A stretch of 64,000 nt of DNA from a virus: positions 27,105-91,104 of the IMG/VR virus record IMGVR_UViG_3300046786_000686. One strand, given 5' to 3'. Below, in pieces: positions 10,948 through 21,057 of this stretch. The notes below the pieces were generated by a model that saw only the letters and a list, made by a program, of their open reading frames with translations, was not told the DNA's origin and searched no databases. Every line of letters starts with the position of its first letter. Positions within the stretch are counted from its first letter, which is position 1. A program made the translations under genes and the position numbers.

Positions 10948-13900
10948 GTGGCTAATAAGAACATACTTAATCTAAACACTAAGGATTTGAGTACCTCTTT
11001 TGAAGGTAGCTCAAACGCATTACCAGCTGCTATTAAGCAGACGGTACTCAAAAGTGTTGAAGATATTAATCACGAGGAGTCTACGATTCCGCTTGCAGTT
11101 AAACAATTGCAAGTAGATCCAACACAAACATCAGTACCTGCGTTTGGTAACTATACAAACCCAATTCAAGCTTATCCAAATGATGTGGTAAGATTGGATA
11201 TTGTAAACGCCAATAATCAATACCTAGAGTCTAATTTTAGAGTAACAACATTCAATAAGAATGGTGATGAGATTACGTTGGATCCAGAAAAGGATTTAGC
11301 TGATTTAGGTTACATCTCTGGTAAGTATAGAATACTGTACAAGTTTCATCGTAACTACCTTGGAGCAGGTGATGCTCATAAATTGCAAGTACAAGAGGTT
11401 AGTTCAGATGGTTTAGAGATTAGGGTTATTCCGTCTCTGTCGACTAATCTTGACAATACCAATTTCTTAGAACAATTCTCTAGAAAGTTCTTCGAGCTTC
11501 CAAAAGCTCAAGTGCTTCCGCAACTATTTTTAAGTAAGGATGCAAACACTTCAATGCAGGTGTTTGATTATGTTCAAGATAAGTTTACTTACAGTGCTAG
11601 TCCTTACAGCATTATTTTCAAATTAAACACTCCAGCACCAAATGGAGTTGTTGTTGGTGATAGTTTATGGTTAAGTCAAGTTGTTAGCGAGGATCTTCCT
11701 GCTGACACAATCACCATTGTACCACCAAAGCCAAAAACAAATAAGACATACATTGCTGGGCCTAACTGGGACGCTGTTAACAGAGACCAGACAGCTACAT
11801 CAACACAATATAAGGATTGGGACGACTTATTAACAACAAACACAACTACCGCACAGGATATTGTGAACAAGTTGATAAGTGGGTCAAATATCGAAGGCAT
11901 TGCTCTAAATTTAGATTACCGTAAGTTTGAAAACCACATCCAATTTGGATCAGCAACTGAACGCTTGCTGAATTTCAAATACAAGATGCAGTTATTGGAA
12001 AGCTACGATGAAAGGTTAGCATTTCTAAACACAAACTTGACAGTAACTGGTAGTGGATACCATCAAAATAATATAGCAGACACTGAAGCTAAAAAGGCTG
12101 CTCTACTAGGAGCCTTTGACAACTACGAAAAGTATTTGTATTATCAGTCTTCGAGCTATGTTAGCAACAGCTATGGTGAGTTTTACCCATCAACATGGCC
12201 AAAACAGAATAGCAGTAAACCGTATGTAAACTACTCAGTAACCTCATCTCAAGTAGAAATTTGGTTTGAAGGAATCTATGCATCTGCTAGTTTATATGAC
12301 CAAAATAATAGTAATGCGCTTTACAAGTTAATCCCAGCGCATATTCTAGAAGACACTTCTAACGAAGAGTATGTGTTATTTACGCATATGATCGGACACT
12401 ACTTTGATTTGGTGTTTGCATACGTTAAGGAGATGACTAAAGTGTACAACCGAGATCAATCCATTTTAGAAGGCTTTAGTAAGGAGTTAGTTTATCATGT
12501 TGCTAAAAACTTGGGTGTAGATTTTGAAAATGGTAATACACTAGAGGAGTTGTGGAGTTATACGCTAGGAACAGACGTGTCTGGCTCACAATCCTCTGCT
12601 TATGGAATCTCCACAGAAGACAAGACAAAAGAGACCTGGAAGCGCATCATTAACAACTTACCATACCTACTAAAAACAAAAGGTACTGAGAGAGGTGTTA
12701 GAGCATTAATTAACTGTTTTGGTATTCCACAAACTATTCTGAGAATTAGAGAATACGGCGGAGCTGAACCAGAATTTGATACAAAGACCGATTGGGTTTA
12801 TGAGCGTTTCAATTATTCGACTACGGTAGGATATAATGGCAAAACCTCTGGTAACGTATTTAATACAATTCGCATTCCTTGGAAAACCAACCCATTCACA
12901 ACAACATATCCACAAACAGTGGAGATGCGTGTTAAGATGGCTACAAACCAAACTAAGACACAAAAACTCGCAGAAAAGTCTGGTTCTTGGTATGTACAAG
13001 CCTCTAAGAGTGGTAACAGCCAATATCTAACTCTATTCTTAGGAAACAACGGAGGTACTACATCAAGCTACATTGCTTCTACGGCATGGACTTCGGCAAG
13101 TGTTAGTTGTTCCATTTATGATGGTGATTGGCATCACATAGCAATTCGTAGAGAGGTTGAGTCAGATAACGACCCAACAAATCAAGTATATACTTTGGTT
13201 GTCAAAAAAGCAAACAACCAAAAAATAGTCTTTTCACAATCTGCAAGTATTAGTATTAATGGTGCAACAAGCCAATCATACAATCAAGCTTGGACGTACT
13301 ACACATCAACATTTGGGGCTGTTAACAACTATATGTACATTCCAGCTACTGGGTCATACACAGCTGCACAATCTCATTCAGCAGCTTTATGGACTGGTAG
13401 TATTCAAGAAGTGCGTTTTTGGACAACTCCACTGCAAGATGGTATTTTAGATAACCACACATTAGCACCTACGAGTTTCCAAGGAAATACAGTGGATGTT
13501 TATACTGGAAGTACTTCAAGTTTTGATACTCTTTATTATCGATTACCATTAGGATCCGATAACAACAAACTAACTCCATTAACTGGTAGTGATTTGTTGT
13601 ATGTATCATCTTCACACCCAAATCAAGCAATACAATATTCTTCTAGTTTGGGTGAGACAGCTTTCCTAAACTTTAGTGGATCCACACTTACAGCAATATA
13701 CAAACCAGAGACTGAGATTCATTCACTTGAGTGGCCAGATCTAGGAACCAATAGACAGATTGGTAATAAGATTCGTATTGACGAGACAATTTTAGTAAGT
13801 GATCAGCTATATAAAGATAATCGTGTAGAGCGTGCATTAACTGACAACTTCCCAATTGATACACCTAGACTTGGTGTTTACTTATCACCAACAAACGAAG

Positions 13901-15570
13901 TCAATCAAGACATTGCTGAGCAATTTGGTGGTATTAGTATTGACGATTATATTGGAGATCCTTCTCAGTTATCAGCAGAAAGCTATAACGATCTTATTAA
14001 TTTGAATAGAGCGTACACTAAAAAGTACGTTAAAATAAACAAAACACAAAACTACATCAGACTGCTAAGACACTACGATGCGGCTTTGTTCCAACTTGTT
14101 AAAAAGTTCATACCACACAGAGCTAATGCTCAGGTTGGATTGGTGATTGAACCACACATTCTTTCAAGAAGTAAAGTTCCTACCAAGCTACCAACCATTG
14201 AAGAAGAGACTTACGAAACTACACTAGATGTAGGACCAGAAACTTACATCACACCTGGTGGATTTGTTCAAGATGGTGATGGTGAACCATTCCGTAATAT
14301 GGAAGGTTATGTGCAAGAGGGTACTGTTGGAGGTGATGAGTCAGACTTCTTAGTGGTACAAGGTGAAGCACCTGCAATCCTAGAAGGACCAGCCTACACA
14401 CCAGGTATTGATGGGGTAATTCCAGAAATGGATACAACAGCTTATGATATGGTTGTGATTGATGGTACGCAGATTGTATCACCACTAAAACCAAGAGGTT
14501 ATGCTGAAGTATACTTGAAAAATGTGACTGGTCAGGATGTTGCAGGATTACAAACTATACAAACCTCAGAAACACCCACTGGTGCATCTAATACTGGTGT
14601 AACAGCTTATGGTAGAGATGTCAGAGTTCAAGGATCACAATACGTGTTTATGAGCTCTTATTTGAGTAGTAGTGGTCAATGGACTCCATACACAAGTAGC
14701 CGTTACGATTATCATGATCCAATTGGAGTAATGATATATGGCAATACGCCAAGTGATATTTCACTACGTTCCGAACAGATGTACGATTGTGACATTTATG
14801 GCGGTAAAGCCTTTTCGGATCACACAGTGTTTTCAAGCACAGCAACTAGCACAACAGTAACAACGATTACTTCAAGTGCTGCATGGACTGAAAACGCATG
14901 GTTGAGAGAGTATGGATTACAGCCAATGTCTCTCTACTCATCATCAACTGCATTAGACCCAGTGACTGGCTCAATATCCACAGGATACTGGACTCTCAGT
15001 GGTTTAGGTGCATTAGCGCCAGGTTTAGGCTTTAAGACAGTAGCTGCAACGGCAGTGCCTGTGACAGCTTCCATAAGAATACCAGCATTCTTCTATAAGG
15101 CTGATGATAGTGTGAGTAAAGATTTAATATACCAAATTACAATCTCTACTGACGAAGTTACCTCAACAACAAACACACTAGAATTACATTTTGGAGACTT
15201 GGATTGTGGATTAACTGGTTCTATATCACCAACAACTACGCAGACCGAAGTCACCTTTACAACTAAGGCTTTAGGACCTTGGTTAGGTTTGAGATTGTAC
15301 TCGGTTGGAATCCCTGCTAATAACACTGCCTTTATACCAACATTAAAAGTCAGATGTCTAAATTACCACGCTGAAGTTCAAGATTTTCACTTACGCCATA
15401 GTTATGGTATGAGGACTGTTCGATATGATGGTAGTAAATTAACATCAACAGACTGGAATGTAAATAGCCCAGATACGATCGATGGAGGTCCGGTAGTTCA
15501 AGTGACAGTAGGAGGTGGAAAACAACTTGGAGTTAAACCAAGCACAAAAGGAACTTTCGAAATAAAATAA
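10948..15570 (+). CDS. Large baseplate wedge protein (gp7 / P2 gpI-like segment) with LamG-like domain
   Basis: YLLKTKGTERGVRALINCFG segment; LamG-type DGDWHHIAI...GSIQEVRFW; GTG start. Confidence 0.7.
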   Translation: MANKNILNLNTKDLSTSFEGSSNALPAAIKQTVLKSVEDINHEESTIPLAVKQLQVDPTQTSVPAFGNYTNPIQAYPNDVVRLDIVNANNQYLESNFRVTTFNKNGDEITLDPEKDLADLGYISGKYRILYKFHRNYLGAGDAHKLQVQEVSSDGLEIRVIPSLSTNLDNTNFLEQFSRKFFELPKAQVLPQLFLSKDANTSMQVFDYVQDKFTYSASPYSIIFKLNTPAPNGVVVGDSLWLSQVVSEDLPADTITIVPPKPKTNKTYIAGPNWDAVNRDQTATSTQYKDWDDLLTTNTTTAQDIVNKLISGSNIEGIALNLDYRKFENHIQFGSATERLLNFKYKMQLLESYDERLAFLNTNLTVTGSGYHQNNIADTEAKKAALLGAFDNYEKYLYYQSSSYVSNSYGEFYPSTWPKQNSSKPYVNYSVTSSQVEIWFEGIYASASLYDQNNSNALYKLIPAHILEDTSNEEYVLFTHMIGHYFDLVFAYVKEMTKVYNRDQSILEGFSKELVYHVAKNLGVDFENGNTLEELWSYTLGTDVSGSQSSAYGISTEDKTKETWKRIINNLPYLLKTKGTERGVRALINCFGIPQTILRIREYGGAEPEFDTKTDWVYERFNYSTTVGYNGKTSGNVFNTIRIPWKTNPFTTTYPQTVEMRVKMATNQTKTQKLAEKSGSWYVQASKSGNSQYLTLFLGNNGGTTSSYIASTAWTSASVSCSIYDGDWHHIAIRREVESDNDPTNQVYTLVVKKANNQKIVFSQSASISINGATSQSYNQAWTYYTSTFGAVNNYMYIPATGSYTAAQSHSAALWTGSIQEVRFWTTPLQDGILDNHTLAPTSFQGNTVDVYTGSTSSFDTLYYRLPLGSDNNKLTPLTGSDLLYVSSSHPNQAIQYSSSLGETAFLNFSGSTLTAIYKPETEIHSLEWPDLGTNRQIGNKIRIDETILVSDQLYKDNRVERALTDNFPIDTPRLGVYLSPTNEVNQDIAEQFGGISIDDYIGDPSQLSAESYNDLINLNRAYTKKYVKINKTQNYIRLLRHYDAALFQLVKKFIPHRANAQVGLVIEPHILSRSKVPTKLPTIEEETYETTLDVGPETYITPGGFVQDGDGEPFRNMEGYVQEGTVGGDESDFLVVQGEAPAILEGPAYTPGIDGVIPEMDTTAYDMVVIDGTQIVSPLKPRGYAEVYLKNVTGQDVAGLQTIQTSETPTGASNTGVTAYGRDVRVQGSQYVFMSSYLSSSGQWTPYTSSRYDYHDPIGVMIYGNTPSDISLRSEQMYDCDIYGGKAFSDHTVFSSTATSTTVTTITSSAAWTENAWLREYGLQPMSLYSSSTALDPVTGSISTGYWTLSGLGALAPGLGFKTVAATAVPVTASIRIPAFFYKADDSVSKDLIYQITISTDEVTSTTNTLELHFGDLDCGLTGSISPTTTQTEVTFTTKALGPWLGLRLYSVGIPANNTAFIPTLKVRCLNYHAEVQDFHLRHSYGMRTVRYDGSKLTSTDWNVNSPDTIDGGPVVQVTVGGGKQLGVKPSTKGTFEIK

Positions 15571-15588
15571 GATTTACAAAACGAGACA

Positions 15589-15596
15589 TATTTATA
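15589..15596 (+). promoter_or_regulatory. Putative late promoter TATTTATA
   Basis: Intergenic, 15 nt before ATG 15612. Confidence 0.7.
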
Positions 15597-15611
15597 TAAA
15601 AACAACTAGAA

Positions 15612-16364
15612 ATGGGATACTTAGATAACTCAACCGTCACAGTAGACGCGATTCTTACAAACAAGGGTCGTGAAATCCTTGCAGGTGGTGGTAAACTGAA
15701 CATCACAAAGTTTGCTCTATCTGATGATGAGATCGACTATGATTTATGGAACCCAGCTCACACATTAGGATCAAACTATTATGGAGCTGTAATTGAAAAC
15801 ATGCCAGTATTGGAGGCATTACCAGATGAATCACAAATGTTACGCTACAAATTGGTAACACTACCAAAAGACGTAATTGGTATTCCGGTAATCAGCGTAT
15901 CTCCTGCTGCAGTTAGCTTCACATCATTGAAACAAGAAATTGTTGTTAGTCCCGCAACACTCAACTTGGCTGGTGGTAATGACTCTTTAGGATACACAGC
16001 AATTTTATCAGATGATACAGTTGCATCTCTAGAAGTTGCAGCTGACGGTGGTGTTTCTAAAGTACCACAAAACACTTCACCAATCGGAGTTAACCCAATG
16101 TCAATTGCAGAACAAGCAAATGCAACTGGTGTAACAAGCTTCCTAGATGATGAAGTGACGAGTGTAACAACAGCAGGTAAAACAATCGTTAAGGTTGGTA
16201 AGAAATTTGTATTGAAACCTAAAGCTCAAGCAAACTTAACAACAATCAAACGTTGCTTACTAACAATTATTGGTAACGAAACTGGTGGATTCAAAACTGT
16301 ATCTGTGAGTGTAGATCCTACTAACTTCGCAGCATTAGACATCACAGCAGCTTTAGTAAAATAA
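15612..16364 (+). CDS. Baseplate/tail structural protein
   Basis: AILTNKGREILA...LNITKFALSD resembles the N-terminal part of fibre-attachment (P2 gpH N-terminal-like) domains. Confidence 0.6.
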   Translation: MGYLDNSTVTVDAILTNKGREILAGGGKLNITKFALSDDEIDYDLWNPAHTLGSNYYGAVIENMPVLEALPDESQMLRYKLVTLPKDVIGIPVISVSPAAVSFTSLKQEIVVSPATLNLAGGNDSLGYTAILSDDTVASLEVAADGGVSKVPQNTSPIGVNPMSIAEQANATGVTSFLDDEVTSVTTAGKTIVKVGKKFVLKPKAQANLTTIKRCLLTIIGNETGGFKTVSVSVDPTNFAALDITAALVK

Positions 16365-16375
16365 AATAAAGGATA

Positions 16376-17437
16376 ATGGCAGAAATATATAAGCTCTTCA
16401 CAGCAGACGACATCGTACCTGGAGACGTACAAACAATTTCACAACCGGTGTGGTCGGAGAATATCAACCCACTATCAGCTTCAGCTGCGTATAGTGGTGT
16501 TGGTTACTATACGTCATCAACCCAAGTGTCTCAATCAGGTAATTACTATGTAAACGTATACCACCGTAATCCTAATGACTCAGCGGTAGCAAATGAAGAA
16601 ATTCAATTTGCAGTAGCTTATGGTCATAGATTTGGTAGTGGTTCACAAGGAGATGCAAACACAGTAGGACAAAACTCAAACGATACACCATCAAGAGCAA
16701 TCTACTCTCAATATCGTAACATGCTTCTTCCTCCAACGGATCAAGTATTTACAATCAATGGTGCATCAGCAAACGAAATTATTGCAATCAACGTAGCACG
16801 CTCACGTTTCCGTCAAAAAATTGATCCAGGAAACTGGACATTGAGAATTGCATCAGGTTCTTCTTGGGCAACAGCAGGAGCAACTAGCTTCTTAACATTT
16901 ACAGATGCTAGTGGTCAAGGTGAATCACCAACAGTAAATGAAGCAGGCCGTGTCTTTGGTATCTATTCAGGATCCGGAGGTGTAACAGCTTCTAACACTC
17001 AATATGGACTATTCTATCCAGACCAAGGTGTATTGATTTTTGACGCTGGTAAACTTCGTGCAACTGGTCCAACTGGTTGTGGATTACCATTCAACAGTGC
17101 ATCAAACACAACAAACGCAAAGAACCATGTTACAGCTTCGATGGCAATCTCTTCTTCTAACTACTTTGCAGCTCGCTCTGAAGAAAAGGTGACATCTACA
17201 CACTACTTTGTTCGTGTAACCAATAAACAATTCAACTTCTCAAACAATCCAACATTCGTGACTGGAAGTACTGGTACGTTCTTACATGCAAGCATGTTAC
17301 GTAACCCAAGTGTTTACGTTACTACAATTGGTTTGTATGACGATAGAAACCGTTTAGTAGCAGTTGCTAAGCTAAGTCGTCCACTATTGAAGTCATTCAA
17401 TCGTGAGGCACTAATCAAAGTAAAACTAGATTACTAA
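16376..17437 (+). CDS. Baseplate/tail structural protein
   Basis: C-terminal YVTTIGLYDD..RLVAVAKLSRP domain shared with 18944..20611. Confidence 0.65.
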   Translation: MAEIYKLFTADDIVPGDVQTISQPVWSENINPLSASAAYSGVGYYTSSTQVSQSGNYYVNVYHRNPNDSAVANEEIQFAVAYGHRFGSGSQGDANTVGQNSNDTPSRAIYSQYRNMLLPPTDQVFTINGASANEIIAINVARSRFRQKIDPGNWTLRIASGSSWATAGATSFLTFTDASGQGESPTVNEAGRVFGIYSGSGGVTASNTQYGLFYPDQGVLIFDAGKLRATGPTGCGLPFNSASNTTNAKNHVTASMAISSSNYFAARSEEKVTSTHYFVRVTNKQFNFSNNPTFVTGSTGTFLHASMLRNPSVYVTTIGLYDDRNRLVAVAKLSRPLLKSFNREALIKVKLDY

Positions 17438-17459
17438 TCTAATTCAACCTTAATACAAC

Positions 17460-17494
17460 GGAACCCTTCACAATAGTGAGGGGTTTCCTTTTTT
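17460..17494 (+). terminator. Intrinsic terminator
   Basis: GGAACCCTTCAC-AATA-GTGAGGGGTTTCC followed by T6. Confidence 0.85.
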
Positions 17495-17498
17495 GACA

Positions 17499-17506
17499 TA
17501 TTTATA
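17499..17506 (+). promoter_or_regulatory. Putative late promoter TATTTATA
   Basis: Directly after a terminator, 4 nt before ATG 17511. Confidence 0.7.
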
Positions 17507-17510
17507 TACA

Positions 17511-18947
17511 ATGGCAGGAGTATTTAAGAGTTTAGACAAGAGTGATGTACGGATAACACCTTTCCGTACGCACAAGCTGTGGTCAGAGGATATTGAAACA
17601 ACAACCCCAATCACAAATCCAAACGGATATACGATACACACATCTAGCATAAGCAATGTTCAATATCCGTATAGACATAGAAAAGATGGTGGTGCAAGAC
17701 TTTATGCTCTGGATGATATTGACAATATCTTATCAATCCAAACAAGCACTAATCAAATTTTAGGTGCAACCCCACAACCCATAGTCAGAAACATCAACTA
17801 CCTTACGGGTACTAATGTATACCAGCAAGCAAGTGGTTTTCAAAAATCAAACCAGTATATAGATGATACAAATTACCCTAGTGAGTTTAAGATTTTAAGC
17901 TATAGTACGGATTTTGACACTCAATATGGATTCAATTCAACAACCGGATTAACAACACCAACAGTACCTAGTGATGAGGTAATTAACCGCATCGACTATC
18001 ACGGTCATAGTGGTGGATTAGGTCCACTAGCAACAATCTATATTAGCACAAATTGGCGATTTATGTATGTGCAACTCGATGCAAACCATCAAGTGAGCGC
18101 TTTTAGTACAATAATCAACTACAGTAACCAGCTTAGCTTTATGAGATTTATAGCTAAAGGCAACACTACTGGTTTTGTTGTAGCTTACGATCGACCAACT
18201 CAGAAATATGTGCTGTTGGCAACTACAAATCAATCAACACTACCTACAACTGTTCTTGCAAGCATTACACCATCTTTTTGGAATGAAGACCTGAGAATAA
18301 AACACTTGGCTTGCAATCGAGCTACAAATACAGTATTTTTTATTACAAAGAGTATCTCAAACAATGATTCAAGTCCATTATATACAATGGCTAGTACTGG
18401 TTACTCAAGTACGCTAAACGACAATTTTGTAGCGGTGTTGAGTGATATAAGTACTTGGGAGAGTTTCAACTTCAGAAGTCAGACAAGCCAAACAATCCAC
18501 GGTGTAACAGCTCAAGGGTTGATCTATAAGAATCTAGTAAACAACTCTGGAGTGTTAGGCTATGAGGTGTTAGATTTAAGACAGTACGTTGGTGATGGTA
18601 ATGAGGTGATTGACGCTATCATAACAGCAGATAATGATTCATTACAAACACCAGATGTTCCTAGAACAATAACAATGCTTGTGAAGCCAATAACTTCAAC
18701 ATCGGGTGCACATCAGCTAGTAACTGTAAATTTAAGCACAAACGAGGTTTACGATCCAATCCATCTAGGAGCAATTCCAGAGGGATACTTTTATGGTGAT
18801 GCTCAGGCTAGTCTAACTTTCTCTCTAGGTGTTAACAACTTGGTAGCCAATGGAAAGACTGTACTTGGAGTTAGTGGTCTAAGCTATTTAGATGTAGAAA
18901 CGGGTTCAGAGTACGCTAAACTACACACATTCAACCCAAATATATGA
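17511..18947 (+). CDS. Beta-rich virion protein (start revised to ATG 17511)
   Basis: The TTG at 17493 lies in the terminator T-tract, upstream of the promoter motif. MAGVFKSLDKSDV resembles the start of 16376. Confidence 0.65.
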   Translation: MAGVFKSLDKSDVRITPFRTHKLWSEDIETTTPITNPNGYTIHTSSISNVQYPYRHRKDGGARLYALDDIDNILSIQTSTNQILGATPQPIVRNINYLTGTNVYQQASGFQKSNQYIDDTNYPSEFKILSYSTDFDTQYGFNSTTGLTTPTVPSDEVINRIDYHGHSGGLGPLATIYISTNWRFMYVQLDANHQVSAFSTIINYSNQLSFMRFIAKGNTTGFVVAYDRPTQKYVLLATTNQSTLPTTVLASITPSFWNEDLRIKHLACNRATNTVFFITKSISNNDSSPLYTMASTGYSSTLNDNFVAVLSDISTWESFNFRSQTSQTIHGVTAQGLIYKNLVNNSGVLGYEVLDLRQYVGDGNEVIDAIITADNDSLQTPDVPRTITMLVKPITSTSGAHQLVTVNLSTNEVYDPIHLGAIPEGYFYGDAQASLTFSLGVNNLVANGKTVLGVSGLSYLDVETGSEYAKLHTFNPNI

Positions 18948-20611
18948 GTGTAATATACAACATTTACAAGGCAGATTACAATCCAAAGCAAGATTGGCGA
19001 AATGCTGATCCGTTGGTTGTTAATTTTGACCAACTTAATAAGCAGTTTGATTGGGATGATGCTCTTACGGCTGATCAAAAATTTCAACGCGTGGTGCATA
19101 GATCGATTGATCATTTGTACTACAGAGATTTTTATAGCAACAATAAAGCTAGTTTTGGGAGTGGCAATATTAATAAGCAGCGTAGAGCCTTAGAGGATCA
19201 AGCTTACGTAGTGAGTTTGCCACAATCACGATTTGGAGAGTCAATCTTACCAGGAAGTGTTGCTATGAGCATGTCCATGGTAACTTATGTTGATGGTTTG
19301 GTAGTTGGAACTCCAACCTATCCAAACATATACAGCTCAACTTGGAAGATAGAAGATGATAATTTTGGAAATTTAGTAATCAAGTCCGGTTATGTATCAC
19401 CAATGGACGGCACGTTATGGACTGGTGCTACTTCTATGAGTCTAACACCAGTAGGCGAGTTTCCATCTCCAAACGTATACAAGTACGTTGAAGCTGGTAA
19501 AGTGTCCTTCCAGGAAGACTTCAATGAAGGTTTGTGGTGTATGTCAACCGAATATAATAATGTGTATGCAGGTTATATTGGACAGCAGAATGCATGGTGG
19601 GCTATTTCACCAGGAGTCTTAAACCTATCAGATAACCTAGGTGCTGCTTGGTACTTTGACTCTTCTGTAAGCTCTAGTATGGTGATTAAGCCAGGTATAG
19701 TTCCTGATTACATCAACTCATACAACTTTGAGAATGGTGACTTTACTATTGCAGCGATGGTCATTCCAAATGGTTCTCAAACAGACTCGATCATTATATC
19801 AAAAGAAGGTCCATTAGAAGAACTTCGCACTGACGAAAACGGCAATCCGTATACGGTAACAACCTATAAAAAGACTCCATACAGACTAAGCTACAGCACT
19901 CTGTCTGGTTATACTTTTGAGAGAGATGGGAATAGTACAGCTGAGTATGCTTCAGTTCAAGCACAACCATCAAACTCAAACACTCCACACTACGTAATCA
20001 TATCCAAAAATCATGCTACCTCAACTATATCAATTGAGATATATGATACTTACGGATCCTACACCGATTCAGCCACATATGGTTTTACCGATGATTATTG
20101 TATCAATCCTTCAAATATCTACATTGGAAACTCTTACAATGGTACTAGAGGATTTAAGGGGTACATTGATAACGTAAAATTCTTCAACAAGATTCTATCA
20201 ACTAGCGATAAAGAACTTCTTGTTGCAACAGCGGGGATTGGTAACTTGATTGTTGGTAATGTGTTTTACAATCATGGCATGATGACGGTGACATCAAACG
20301 CTTCTAAGTTTGGAAACATTAAGAGTATTGATTGCAGGGGTACTCATACAATTTGGGAAACAGAGATTTCTTGTACAGTGAGTCCAGGTGACTTTGGAAT
20401 GAGTAGTAATCCTACACTACAACAGTATGATGCACATACAAACCAATATGTATATAAGCCGTTTGTAACTGGATCACACTTCAAGCCATATGTAACATCC
20501 ATCGGATTGTATGATGATTATGGCAGATTGTTAGTGATAGGAAAATTAAACACTCCAATACAAACTCCAGATAATATGGATACAACCTTCATTGTAAGGT
20601 ACGATAGATAA
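18944..20611 (+). CDS. Virion protein with LamG-like domain and shared C-terminal baseplate domain
   Basis: FTIAAMV...IYIGNS...FKGYIDNVKFFNKIL; C-terminal YVTSIGLYDD..LLVIGKLNTP; ATGA overlap with the upstream gene. Confidence 0.7.
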   Translation: MSVIYNIYKADYNPKQDWRNADPLVVNFDQLNKQFDWDDALTADQKFQRVVHRSIDHLYYRDFYSNNKASFGSGNINKQRRALEDQAYVVSLPQSRFGESILPGSVAMSMSMVTYVDGLVVGTPTYPNIYSSTWKIEDDNFGNLVIKSGYVSPMDGTLWTGATSMSLTPVGEFPSPNVYKYVEAGKVSFQEDFNEGLWCMSTEYNNVYAGYIGQQNAWWAISPGVLNLSDNLGAAWYFDSSVSSSMVIKPGIVPDYINSYNFENGDFTIAAMVIPNGSQTDSIIISKEGPLEELRTDENGNPYTVTTYKKTPYRLSYSTLSGYTFERDGNSTAEYASVQAQPSNSNTPHYVIISKNHATSTISIEIYDTYGSYTDSATYGFTDDYCINPSNIYIGNSYNGTRGFKGYIDNVKFFNKILSTSDKELLVATAGIGNLIVGNVFYNHGMMTVTSNASKFGNIKSIDCRGTHTIWETEISCTVSPGDFGMSSNPTLQQYDAHTNQYVYKPFVTGSHFKPYVTSIGLYDDYGRLLVIGKLNTPIQTPDNMDTTFIVRYDR

Positions 20612-20619
20612 AAATAGTT

Positions 20620-21021
20620 ATGGCAAAAAAACGTTACACAAAAACACAAGCCGCAAAGGTTAAAGGATACCGTAGTGGTCTCGAAGTTGATTTAGATGAA
20701 TCACTCAAGCAAAAGGGTATAGATGGTCAGTATGAGCAACACAAGATAAAATACGTGAAGCCAGCTACAAATCATACATACACTCCCGACTTTCGACTAC
20801 CAAATGGAATTTTTATAGAAACTAAGGGTAGATTCGTTGCAGATGACAGAAAAAAGCATATATTGATAAAGGATCAGTATCCTGAGTTAGATATCCGCTT
20901 TGTGTTCCAAAATTCCAAAAACAAATTACGCAAGGGTTCTAAGACAACATACGCTGATTGGTGTATTAAGTACGGCTTCGAGTATGCCGACAAGGAAATT
21001 CCTATGGACTGGTTCAAATAA
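20620..21021 (+). CDS. T7 endonuclease I-like Holliday junction resolvase
   Basis: GYRSGLE, YTPDF, IETKGRF, DRKKH, DIRFVF, TTYADWC motifs (PD-(D/E)xK). Confidence 0.92.
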   Translation: MAKKRYTKTQAAKVKGYRSGLEVDLDESLKQKGIDGQYEQHKIKYVKPATNHTYTPDFRLPNGIFIETKGRFVADDRKKHILIKDQYPELDIRFVFQNSKNKLRKGSKTTYADWCIKYGFEYADKEIPMDWFK

Positions 21022-21022
21022 G

Positions 21023-21053
21023 TTTGCAGATTGAAATAAAAGTCGTATATTTG
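21023..21053 (+). promoter_or_regulatory. Bacteroidota-type housekeeping sigma promoter (-33 TTTG / -7 TAnnTTTG)
   Basis: TTTG 21023-21026, 19-nt spacer, TATATTTG 21046-21053; fills the 36-nt gap before the primase gene. Confidence 0.75.
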
Positions 21054-21057
21054 TTCT

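Noticed and set aside
17493-17510. TTG start for the 484-aa ORF
   Set aside because: It lies in the terminator T-tract and spans the promoter motif; ATG 17511 is preferred.
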